From NCBI RefSeq assembly GCF_018350175.1, contig NC_058368.1, forward strand, positions 148,306,001 to 148,370,000: a stretch of 64,000 nucleotides of DNA, read 5' to 3'. A program made the position numbers and the translations under genes. Below, piece after piece: positions 1 to 10,640 of this stretch. Under the pieces are notes generated by a model that saw only the letters and a list, made by a program, of their open reading frames with translations, was not told the origin of the DNA and did no database searches. Source of the DNA: Felis catus (lineage: Eukaryota). Position 1 is the stretch's first letter, and each line of letters opens with the position of its first letter.

Positions 1-62
1 TCTATAAAAATATTTACATTTTATATATCTATATATATTTTATATATAAGATTATATATGTA

Positions 63-815
63 GATTTTAGGGGGAATTTTTCTATTTCTGAAAAAAATAC
101 ACTGAAGTTTTGATAGAGATTGCATTAAATTTGTAGATCACATTGGATAGTATGGACAATTAAATAATACTGAGTTCCAATCCATGAACGTAGGATTTTT
201 ACATTTATTTGCATCTCCTTTGATTTCTTTTAGCAATGATTTGCAGTTTTCAGTGTTACACATCTTGTGCCCCTTGATTAAGTTTATTTTTAGTATTTTA
301 TTATTTTTGATGATACTGTAAATAAAATTGCTTTCTTAATATCTTCTTCAGACCAGTCATTACTAATGTATAGACTCAGAACTGATTTTAACAGTTGTTA
401 CAGAATCTTTGCGTTTGTATACATAAGATTTTGTCTTCTTCATGATCATTTATTTCTTTCCAATTTAGACTTTTTTTCTCGGTATAATTGCTTTGGTTGT
501 CTCCTGAAGTGTTGTGTTCAACAGAAGTGGTGAGAGTAGAGATCCTTATTTATTAACTAAACTGATAACTAAACTCCTGCTTCTGATCTTAGAGGAAAAT
601 AATTCAGTACTTTGCCATTGAATCTAATGATTTATGAGTTTTTCATTTATGGCTTTTATTATTTTGAGATAGTTCCCTTTTATCTCTAGTTTGTTGAGAG
701 TTTTTTTATCATTAAAAATGTTGAATTTTGTCAAACAATGTCAATTTGTTCTTCATTCTGTTAACATGGTGTATTACATTGATTTATTTTTATAGGTGAA
801 ATCATCTGTGCATTC
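63..815 (-). mobile_element. Old L1 ORF2 fragment (L1MA/L1MB-like)
   Basis: Antisense L1 ORF2 motifs such as 'ttttgatagagattgcattaaatttgtagatcac', 'aacagaagtggtgagagtagagatcctt' and 'tttatctctagtttgttgagagttttt'; heavily decayed. Confidence 0.8.
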
Positions 816-986
816 CAGATTAAAGTAAATGTTTTAATAACATGTTTAAAGAGGATCTTTTACCACTGTAATAATGTGATTTTCTTAATTGCAACTGTAT
901 ATAAGTCTTAGTCTAAATCCTGCTTCTGATGGAACAGCTTATGTCTGACTTCAGCTATATTCTGATGACTAAGAAATCGTTGAACG

Positions 987-1015
987 TGTGTGTGTGTGTG
1001 TTTGTGTGTGTGTGT
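987..1015. repeat. (TG)n microsatellite, interrupted
   Basis: Seen directly. Confidence 0.9.
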
Positions 1016-1119
1016 TGTGCAATAAATGAGAACAAATACAAAATACTAGTTGAAAAGGTAAACTCTCAAACCATACTCTATGAGTTAAAATTTTAACTCT
1101 TCTAAGAAGCTTACTAGTT

Positions 1120-1215
1120 TTTTGAGGTTGGACAGATTAGTTAGTATGTTTGTACCTCAGTTACCTGAACTATAAAATGTAAACATCAACAATAAGTGTC
1201 TCATATAGCCAACAA
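1120..1215 (+). mobile_element. MIR fragment
   Basis: MIR-core-like 'tgtacctcagttacctgaactataaaatg...aataagtgtctcatatag'. Confidence 0.45.
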
Positions 1216-1289
1216 CAAGGATACATGTAATTCTGGAATTGGCTATTGCATGCAATTTCATTGCTGAAATTAGTGTTAATTTTTAAAAT

Positions 1290-1950
1290 AAATGTTTTTA
1301 TTTTAGAATAGTTTTATATTTATAGCATAATTATGATGACAGTACAAAGAATCCCCACACTCTCCACATCTAGCTTTCCCTATTATTAGAATCCTGTATT
1401 ATTAGTATGGTACATTTGTCACAACTTAATGAACTAATTAATTAATACTGATACATTTTTTAAATTAAAATCCAATATTTTTACTTTTTCTATCCCATAA
1501 ATCTTAGTTTTACTCAATGTCCACATTCTTTTTCAAGATCCCATCAGGTTACCACATTATATTTAGTCATCAGGTTTCCTTAGGCTACTCTTGACTGTGA
1601 CAGTTTCTTAACTTCCATTGTTTTTTACCATCTTGACTGCTTTGAGAAATACTGGTGAGGTATTTTTTCTATAGCCCTCAATTTGAAATTGTCTGGTATT
1701 TTTTTCTCATGATTAGCCTGGAGTTAGGGGTTTTCAGGAGGAAGACCATAGAGTTAAAGTGCTATTTTCATTATATCATATGAAGGGTACATACATACTT
1801 TCAGGACGACTTATCACTGTTGACATTAACCCTGTTTCCTGTCTGGGTGGCATTTGTCAGATTTCTCCACAGTGAAGTTACTATTTCTCCCCCTTTTTCT
1901 ATGCTACCCAGTTTGGAAGAAAGTCACTCTGTGCCACAGCCCACACTTAA
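1290..1950 (-). mobile_element. L1MC/L1MD-type 3' end fragment
   Basis: 'ttattttagaatagttttatatttatagc...agtacaaagaatccccacac...ttagtatggtacatttgtcacaact' resembles the antisense L1MC 3' UTR. Confidence 0.7.
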
Positions 1951-2265
1951 GATATTTATGTTTCTATCTAATATTCTTTTAAAAGTTTCATTTATTCTGC
2001 CTGCAGTATGTTCCTTTTCTTCTTGTTTTGCATTTCATATTGTTTTAATATTTTATTATTTCACTTTATACCTAAATTGGTGGTTACAAACTACTTTACT
2101 ATTTTGTAATGTGCATGCTACAAATCACAGCACTCATCAAAAAATTATATATATTTTCATTATTAGTAATAAAATTTACTACCTTTACAACAATGCAAGG
2201 GCCTTTGAAAAACTTTACATATGTTCTTCTATTTCTGTCATATGTATAAAATTATGTATGTGAGA

Positions 2266-2469
2266 GGGGAGTGGGGGTGGCTCAGTTGGTTAAGTATCTG
2301 ACTCTTGATCTTGTCTCAGGTCATGACTTCACAGTTAGGGAGTTCAAACCCTGCATTAGGCTTCATGCTGGCAATGAAGAGCCTGCTTGGGATTCTCTCT
2401 TTACTCTCTCTCTGCCTCTGCTCTCCCTCTCTCTCTCTCTCAAAATAAATAAACATTAAAAAATAAAAA
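2266..2469 (+). mobile_element. CAN-SINE (SINEC)
   Basis: tRNA-like head 'gggtggctcagttggttaag...tcaggtcatga', (CT)n tract, 'caaaataaataaacattaaaa' tail. Confidence 0.95.
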
Positions 2470-2480
2470 TTGAAGAGAGA

Positions 2481-2575
2481 CATATATACATGATATATAT
2501 ATATACATGATATATATATATATACATTATATATATATATACACACACACACACACATATGTACATATATATATT
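2481..2575. repeat. (TA)n/(CA)n compound microsatellite
   Basis: Seen directly. Confidence 0.9.
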
Positions 2576-2796
2576 TAAAACTATCCAAAGAATTCTCTTA
2601 ATATTTTTGAATATTGAGAGAAAACAAATTTTGAAAGTACTTGGGAAAATCACTGTATAATACCAAAATGCTACATAGATATTTTTAATGTCCTATTAAA
2701 TTAGGTAACTTGAAAGAAAATAGAAAATAATAATTCATAGTTTACAAACCTGTTGAAAATGTCAAGTTTTTATTGTTCATTACAAGTGCCCTCCTT

Positions 2797-2987
2797 TTTT
2801 TAATGTTTATTTATTTTTGACATAGAGAGTGCCAGAGGGGAGGAGCAGGAGAGAGGCAGACAGAGGATCTGAAGCAGGCTCTGTGTTGACAGCAGAGAGC
2901 CTGATGTGGGGCTCAAACTCATGAAGTGTAGAATCATGAATTGAGCTGAGGTTGGACATTCAACCAACTGAGCCACCAAGGCACCCC
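2797..2987 (-). mobile_element. CAN-SINE inserted in L1 3' UTR
   Basis: Antisense SINE; TSD aagtgccctcctt at 2784-2796 and 2991-3003. Confidence 0.95.
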
Positions 2988-3286
2988 AGTAAGTGCCCTC
3001 CTTAACCTCTGTCATCCATTTAACCCATCCCCCCACCCACCTCATCTCTAGCAACCCTCAGTTTATTGTCTATAGTTAAGAATCTCTTAATGTTTGCTTC
3101 CCTCTCTTCTTTGTTTTCCCCTATAGTCATCTGTTTTGTTTCTTAAATTCCATGTATAAGTGAAATCATATGGTATTTGTATTTTCTGACTGACTTATTT
3201 CACTTAGTATAATATACTCTAGTTCCATACACAATGTTGCAAATGGAAAGAGTTCATGTTTCTGGTGGCTGAGTAATATTCCATTT

Positions 3287-3290
<4 letters not shown>

Positions 3291-3364
<74 letters not shown>
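3291..3364. repeat. (TG)21-TATA-(CA)14 self-complementary microsatellite
   Basis: Seen directly; perfect palindrome 3305-3364. Confidence 0.95.
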
Positions 3365-3369
<5 letters not shown>

Positions 3370-4334
3370 GTCACTTCTTTTTTATCCATTCATAAGTTCA
3401 TGGACTTTGGGCTCTTTCCATAATTTGACTACTGTTGATAATGCTGATATAAACATCAGGGTGCATGTATCCCTTTAAATCAGTATTTTTGTATCCTTTG
3501 GGTACCTAGTAGTGTAATTGTTGGATCAATGTGTAGTTTTATTTTTAACTTTTTGAAGAATCTCCATACTGTTTTCCAGAGAGGATGCATGAGTTTGCAT
3601 TCCCACCAAAAGTTTAAGAGGGCTCCCCTTTCTTGGCATTCTTACCAACACCTGTTGTTTTCTTTGATGTTAATTTTAGCCATTCTGACTGGTGTGAAGT
3701 CATATCTCATTGTAGTTTTGATTTTTATTTCCCTGAGTTTTTCTTTTACTTAGTTGGCATAGATATTAGACTTTTTTTTTTCAAAGAAGCCTTAATTACA
3801 AGAATGAAAATGGTGACCCATTTACCACCAGGGATAATGGGTATATAAACAGAAACTTTAGAATAATATATTTCACCATACTCAAAAACTTCTGTGTGAA
3901 AGAGTGGATAGTTGTAACTAGGATCAGTTAAATATAATACAATTATTAAGTTATTGATAATACTTCTGTATGTATGGAAGAACTCTCTCAGATATAGACA
4001 TTTCTTTTTCCAATGATAATTTGCAAGTTTTTTTGAGTTTTATTAATATTTTAGTTGCTTAATTACAGGGTAATTATAAAAAAAGTAGGTAAGTGAGTTA
4101 CATCTATCTTTTTGAACATGCCAAAATGATATTGTTTCATAAAGATAAAGATTAGCTTAAAAATTTTAAGAATTAGTTCAGAAAGATAACTATTAGCTCA
4201 GGAAAAAATAAATAAATAAAAGATCAGCTTTAAATTCCATTATTTGTGAGTTCAAAATAGTAAAGAGGAAATATATACAGGAAGAAAGAAAGTATAAACA
4301 AGAAAGAAAATGTGTAATTGAAATACTGATTTAA

Positions 4335-4539
4335 GGGGTGCCTGGGTGGCACGGTCAGTTAAGCATATGACTCTGACTCAGGTCATGATCTCTCAGTTCT
4401 TGAGTGTGAGCCCTGCATCAGACTCTGTGCTGACAGTGCAGAGCCTGCTTGGGATTCTTGTCTCCCTCTCTCTCTGCTTCTCCCCTGCTTACTCTCCATC
4501 TCTCTCTCAAAATAAATAAAAATAAAACTTAAAGAAAAG
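4335..4539 (+). mobile_element. CAN-SINE
   Basis: 'ggggtgcctgggtggcacggtcagttaagc' head, CT tract, A-rich tail; no clear 3' TSD. Confidence 0.95.
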
Positions 4540-4544
4540 AGGTT

Positions 4545-7078
4545 TGTTTTTTCTCAGAAAGGAAATTTTAATGTAGTAAGCAAGTTTAGTAAATATCATT
4601 GTATTTTCTGTTGGTAATGAAGACCTGATACTTTCAGAAATGTATCAAAAAGAAAAAAAGGACCAAAAATATTCCTAATAAGAGGCTTTACAAGAAAAAT
4701 AACAGCCCAAGTTCTATCCTTCTCAACCAGGAGAATTTGTCTCCTACACAAATCAGCAACCTCCCTCCAACACAAAAAAGCACTGCCATTTGCCTTGCAA
4801 ACAGAACATAAAACATATGCCTTAGTTATTGAACTTGCACGTTAAGCGGAATTAGTGTAGAGCATATTTTAATACATTACTTCAGTACCCACTTGGTCTG
4901 GTTTACAATATTTGTTTGTAGATCCAGTTTTTGCATATTCCGTAAGTATACTGAACAATAAACCATGTGTTGTCCCATTATTTTTTAAATGTCAGTTCTT
5001 GTAGCTCAAGCAAACAGTTAAGATTATAAAGAGCTCTCTTGAAAGAAATTCTCAGATGAAAATACATTAAGGAGAAGCTTAAAGTTAAACAAACCTAGCT
5101 CTTTTTCACTAAAATGGTGGGATCAAAGTAGAATGTCAATTCTGAAGAGCAGCTCCATTTGTTTCCCCACGAGAAATGTCCAAACTTTTCTGGACTGACA
5201 TAATTTTAAAACTAAGCCAAAAAAATATAGACCTTAAGATACTATGAAACTTGGAATAATGTCAGAGTTTATGGAATGGGAAATAGAATTGTTTTCTTTT
5301 TTCTTTTTAAAGAAACTGTAACTAATACATTTTAAGGGGAAAACAAACCAAACCAAACCAGAACTCTGAATATGGACAGCACTACCCTAGACTCTATGCA
5401 CAGAACACCATGCAAGAATGAGTTACAGGTCAGTAATATCATTATCAGAGTAATTGGCTAGGACTTCTACTTTCAGCTACAGAGCTCCTAAGTCAAAAAT
5501 GTGTTAAAAAAAGGAGGGGAGGACAAGGAGAAATGGGTGTATGCATGGTTCTATTATACACATGATATTCAGCAGCATTAAAATAATACCTTCCATAGGG
5601 TCCTCCAAATTGGGTAAAACCTATCTTCCACTGTTAAACATGGGAAAGATTAAGAGAGTGCAACAAATTCATTTGTAACTACATTTCCCATATTTGAGTG
5701 ACAAGTATGTTCAATCTACTGCTGTACATTAAGAATATGTTGTGAATACATATGAATAAAGCAAAATGAAAACAAAAAGCTAAATTATGAACCTAATAAC
5801 TGGAAAAACCATCTGTTTTAAAGCCAAATAGGTAGGATGCTGATCATAACTATATATGACATAATCTATAGAAAGAACGGCTAAGAAAACAATCTTCATT
5901 TGTTCAATACTTAGCTTGATGTTGTCCTAAGAAAAACAGTGATAATTCAATGAATGTATCATGCATACAACTAGAAAGTCCCCTTCTTGTTTCAAACTAA
6001 TTTAAGTAACAATCTTCCTTGACGGATTTTTCTTCCGTGTCAAATAAACCTTCTATGTACAGGACCAATCTAAATCCTTCCTCCCCTTCAAACACTAGAA
6101 ATTAACATCCAGGAACATTCTACAACAGAAAGTGCCTTAAGAAAGAGGATTTAGTGTCAGTGATATAACTGACCTGAGGAAGCTGGGGTGCTACTGACAC
6201 TGATAGGAGCTAGTCAGGCAATGGTGGTTTGATTCTCCTGGGGGGTCCTCTAACAATTGCATGATCAGTCCATGCAGTGGTTTGCAGAACTCTGCATAGC
6301 CCCCTCCTGTGAGATGCAGAAGATAAAACACGTCGTGGCAGGAGATGGCACAATCCAAATGCATGAAGCTCCCATCAGTACCTAAGAGTTGAACATTGGC
6401 AAGCTTAGGCAGGGAAACCTTAAGTTGCTGGTTCACCCTTGTGTTTTTTGCCTCAAAGGGTGGGGCTTCTCACCTAGAAGTAACAAACCCAGTGCAATGA
6501 TTTTAGTCCGAAGCTTCCTTGTTTTGATAGATTGTATGATGGTCTCAATTCCCCCTGCCACTTCTGCCATATTTTCTTGGTTGTTTGTTTCTTCCCAGAC
6601 AACAATGACCTTTGGTTTAATATTCTCCAGTTCTTCATTCTTTAACCTTCATAAAACATTTCTTATTGTATCTCCGCCAATTCCAAAATTCAGTGCATGA
6701 AGTGGGGGGAAAATGCCATATTGTTTATTGATGCATTAACTGCACCATGGAGTCCCCCACAAGCAATACAACAGGTTCACTGTCTTTACAGTCCAGGACA
6801 AATCCGTTGTGCCGAGACATCCATCTGTCATCCCCTTAAATGTCTTCTGCTGTATGTGGAATAGCTTCTGGGTTTGAGTCTCCTTGGCTCATTCTACACT
6901 CAGGCAGATGGTACACGTGGGCCTTTAATGGTTGAGACATCCGTGGGTGGTGCACCTGTAGCTCAATGGGTCCCAGGGGCCCTGCTCCAATGTGCCTGCC
7001 CTTGGGCCAAACACCAGCCGGAGCTGCTTCTCCTCTCCTCTTGACCATGACAGCAAAGGCAGCTTTTCTTGGACCCTC
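4545..7078 (-). pseudogene. PAFAH1B2: Processed pseudogene of PAFAH1B2 (platelet-activating factor acetylhydrolase IB catalytic subunit): 5' UTR ~6893-7078, ex-CDS 6892-6214, long 3' UTR
   Basis: Minus-strand translation: MSQGDSNPEAIPHTAEDI*GDDRWMSRHNGFVLDCKD...VGDSMVQLM...PLHALNFGIGGDT...ELENIKPKVIVVW...VNQQLKVSLPKLANVQLL...AISCHD...LHLTGGGYA..CKPLH.LIMQLLE...QTTIA*, colinear with mammalian PAFAH1B2 as I recall it and without introns. Stops at 6838-6836, 6727-6725 and 6651-6649; deletions of 5, 3, 1 and 2 nt (679 vs 690 nt). The 3' boundary is tentative (minus-strand ATTAAA at 4572-4567 followed by a short A-rich run). Confidence 0.95.
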
Positions 7079-7102
7079 TTTTTTTTTTTTTTTTTTTTTT
7101 TT
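7079..7102. repeat. T24 homopolymer
   Basis: Seen directly. Confidence 0.95.
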
Positions 7103-7559
7103 GCAAATATGCTTCATTAAATGCTTTAAGTTTGCTTTATTTGTTTATTTATTTTTCTATGATCCAGCTGAATGTTAGTGGGTGTGCTGTAGAGGGTAGA
7201 TTTACGACTTAAGACTCAATTCCTTTATCTGACTTACAGAGATATGCATTAGTATTTGGCCGGGTTGCACAGAGGAGTGCAGACAATTAATCCATTACTA
7301 GTCATCATGTTTTACAAGAAAAAGAAACTAGCTATGTATTATAAAAAGGAAAATGTCTCCTTTCATAAACACCCATCTTACCTTTCTCATTAAAACCCAG
7401 TTTGTATGCCTTTAAGCAGACTAAGAAATACTCTACAAAGAATTAATTAGCATTAGTTGACTAACTGTAAACACACAATTTGGGTAACCTATTTTGTTAT
7501 AGATCCAAGAAGATCAAACAAACAAACAAACAAATAAATAAAAATAAATCAGCTACTAT

Positions 7560-8180
7560 GCCATCTACCAAAGGAGACAGATATGTGAAGACCTGGCAAT
7601 AAACACAATTAATGCTGTGAAGCAAAGTAAGTGACGATATAGGCAGAGGAAATGTAAGTCAAGGAATAGAGATTTATAGATGTTATTCTCTCTTTTTTTT
7701 CAAATAAAATTCTTTCTCAAGAAAAACATGAGTTTGGATGCAATTAGAACATAAGGAAGAAATTGAAACAAATCTGGAAAGGCAGTTTGCTATCAGACAG
7801 TGGAAGATCCTGAATGCATATAAATGAGTTTAGATTAGAAAAGATCTAAAAGTTTGGTAAGGAGAGTGGTATGACCAAATATTACAGTATGACCAAATAT
7901 TTTCTTTTTTAGAAAGAAAAGTGTGGCTGGCATGTGGAATATGGTTTAGAGTGAGTAAAAACAAAAATGAAAGACTAGTTCTACAAGCTCAGATGAGAGA
8001 CAGTTGAAACTTGTATCAGGCAGTAGTAATATAAATATTACAATAAAATAGTGGGAGAAAAGAGAGAGTTAATGAAAAAGAAGCAGAAGGATAGGGCTTA
8101 TTTACACAGACAGGAGGATCCAAGAAAAGCCAGAGGTTGGAGTGAAAATCAGAAAAGAAGAGAGAAGTAGGTAAGGGGAA
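7560..8180. mobile_element. Probable L2 relic
   Basis: Purine-rich, with L2-like motifs 'ttttagaaagaaaagtgtggctggcatgtggaatatggtttagagtg' and 'cagatgagagacagttgaaacttg'. Confidence 0.45.
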
Positions 8181-9077
8181 AATGGGAAATCACAATTCAT
8201 ACCTCTCTGTTGTTAAGAAACTATTTTGAACCACCCTCAATTTTTTCTGAAACAAATGCTTCCAATTTGTCCTATGGGATGTTTTCACTATATCACACTT
8301 AGTTAAAATGTGAGCTTTTAGGGACTACAACATACAACACTGTTTTCAGAAGCTTTAAAGTCTAATAACTAAATTGTTTTCCTGAATTCAGGCTTTTTTT
8401 TTTTTCCCTGACCATACCATTAAGCACTACTGTAAAACTGGTTTTGTTATTAGCCTAGGGCTTCTAGTAAGCACTTTTACTTTTCTAAAGGGCGAAAATC
8501 ACAGACCCTTATGCCCTAAGTAATTGAGATATCAGTATAGCCTTTATTTTATTCATGGAGATTTACATTCAATTTCCATTAACCTTAATAGGAAGCCATT
8601 ACCTAACTGGCATGGGTTATTGGTAATTAGAAAAATTCAAGATAGACTTACTTCATGTGATATTTTTGTTGTTGTTGTTACGAATGTCAACAACTTTCAT
8701 TTCAAACTAAGTATGCATCATGTTATCTACTCCTAAACAATTCTGCACATGGGCAAAACTAATCATCTTATAGGAAAATTGTAAAAGAGCATTGAATCCG
8801 CTAAGAATGTTAAAGTATCTTTTAAAAATGCTCAGTTCTTATACTTATTTTAAGAAATGTCTAATGATCTGGGAAGTTATCTAAGAGAGATTTTATCCTT
8901 GATATCTGAATACAGATTCAAACAGCAAAACAAAACAACACAAAATATCAGCACATGTCAAATATAAAATTAAATACAAAGCTTTGCTGTTAATATTAGA
9001 TTTTTAAATGTAACTTATGAATTTGTATAATTTGGGTGATGGAATTATTGAATTCAAATAATTAAGATTGGGGAGCA

Positions 9078-9289
9078 GGGGACGCCTGGGTGGCTCAGTT
9101 GAGTGTCCAACTTTGGCTCAGGTCATGATCTCGAGATTGGCAAGCTCAAGCCCCGCATCAGGCTCTGTGCTGACAGCTTGGAGCCTGGAGACTGCTTTGG
9201 ATTCTGTGTCTCCCTCTCTCTCTGCCCCTCCTCTGCTCATGCTCTTTCTCTCTATGTCTCAAAAATAAATAAACATTAAAAAAAATAAA
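9078..9289 (+). mobile_element. CAN-SINE (felid)
   Basis: Full SINE; degenerate TSD aagattggggagca / aagatcagggagca. Confidence 0.95.
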
Positions 9290-9722
9290 AAGATCAGGGA
9301 GCAGAAATAAATGAATTTGAATTTAATTTATAGGAGAAATACTAAAATTAAAACTTAGAATTAAATATCAAATGATTATATATGAATATATGTATGAATT
9401 AATAGTGTCAGTTCATGTTCATCTACAAATAAAGTGGTTGTAGAAAATCATAACAGCAAAACCACAAGAATCACTATGATAACATCACCCTTAAATTCTA
9501 CTTTGACATTTAAATTTGTGTATTACTTTTTTAAAAAATTTGTCTATTTAAATAGCATTTATAGTTATGTATTTTCCATGTATTTGGGGCAGAATTCATT
9601 ATTATGGAATAATCAATAAAAGTATATTTCACCTTTCATCTGTCACATTTTCCATGCATGAAAATTAGGATATAAGCTAAATTTATCTTTTCCTAGAAAG
9701 AGTTTAAAAAAATAATCGTATA

Positions 9723-9935
9723 GGGACGCCTGGGTGGCTCAGTCGGTTAAGCGGCCGACTTCGGCTCAGGTCATGATCTCGCGGTCCGTGAGTTCGAGCC
9801 CCGCTTCGGGCTCTGTGCTGACAGCTCAGAACCCGGAGCCTGTTTCGGATTCTGTGTCTCCCTCTCTCTGACCCTCCCCCATTCATGCTCTGTCTCTCTC
9901 TGTCTCAAAAATAAAATAAACGTTAAAAAAATAAT
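9723..9935 (+). mobile_element. Young CAN-SINE (SINEC_Fc family), CpGs retained
   Basis: Near-consensus body; TSD aataatcgtata (9711-9722) / aataatcatata (9936-9947). Confidence 0.97.
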
Positions 9936-10226
9936 AATAATCATATAATGAATACTAAAATACAATTAGTTGACTATAAGTACAAATCAAATTTCTAAAA
10001 TTTAAAGCTGTTTTGATGTTATAATAGAAACATATTAAATTGCTTAGGCTGTTGTTTTAACTGTTATTCAAACGCAACTTTATAAAAAGTCAATGAATGG
10101 GCCTAATATTCAGCAGTTTGTATGTGAAGGAATCCTGGCTCTGTTAATCTTTCTGCTGTTTTTATCTAACCTGTGATTAAAGCAAGAGATAGAGAAACAG
10201 AAGGGATTGCAATTTTCTCAGCCAAG

Positions 10227-10477
10227 TTTTCTTTTTTCTTTCTTTTTTTTTCTCTTCTCTACTCTACTCTACTCTACTCTACTCTACTCTACTCTACTCT
10301 TCTTTCTGAGGGATAGGACCAGCAGGGGAGGGGCAAGGGTGGGGCGGGAAAATAGGATATGAAGTGGACTCTGCACTGACAGCAGAGAACCCATTGTGGT
10401 GCTCAAACTCACCAAACCTGAGATCATGACCTGAGCTGAAGTCAGAGGCTTAACCAACTGAGCCACCCAGGTGCCCC
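10227..10477 (-). mobile_element. CAN-SINE with (CTACT)n pentamer array in its tail
   Basis: Antisense head 'aaccaactgagccacccaggtgcccc'; (CTACT)n at ~10258-10300. Confidence 0.9.
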
Positions 10478-10514
10478 AGGGCCCATGCTTTTCAATGTCT
10501 ATATCATTGGGCAT

Positions 10515-10640
10515 TCACCTCATTAGGGATTTTGTTTACATGTATGTCTGACTCAATAGGTCTGGAGTGAAAGATCTAAGACCACCTTTCTATCAGTCTC
10601 CTACATAATGCCAATCTGGGTACTTTACTTTGGGTAGTGA
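10515..10640. mobile_element. MER5A-like (hAT-Charlie) DNA transposon fragment
   Basis: 'tctgactcaataggtctggagtg...tttctatcagtctcc...actttgggtag' resembles MER5A. Confidence 0.55.

Larger units (their letters stand above)
2770..3730 (-). mobile_element. Carnivore L1 3' end (ORF2 C-terminus + 3' UTR), interrupted by a SINE and a microsatellite
   Basis: 'aagtgccctccttaa...cccatccccccacccacct...tatagttaagaatctc' and 'gtgaaatcatatggtatttgt...gacttatttcacttag' match antisense carnivore L1. Confidence 0.9.

Noticed and set aside
1820..2263. Longest ORF in the track (147 aa)
   Set aside because: Starts at TTG inside an antisense L1 3' UTR and runs into AT-rich sequence; low-complexity F/I/L/Y composition; no homology I recognise.
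6191..6436. 81-aa PAFAH1B2 C-terminal ORF as a functional truncated protein
   Set aside because: GTG start, lacks the catalytic Ser, catalytic Asp mutated, frameshifted C-terminus.
6389..6700. 103-aa + strand ORF
   Set aside because: Antisense shadow of the pseudogene coding region.
6836..7117. 93-aa ORF with poly-Lys fused to the PAFAH1B2 N-terminus
   Set aside because: Product of the A24 run plus 5' UTR; ends at the codon-19 stop.
7869..7901. Short tandem duplications (gtatgaccaaatatt x2; also aagagattttgacatt x2 at ~19289-19322)
   Set aside because: Ordinary local slippage duplications; only two units and no spacer array, so not CRISPR-like.
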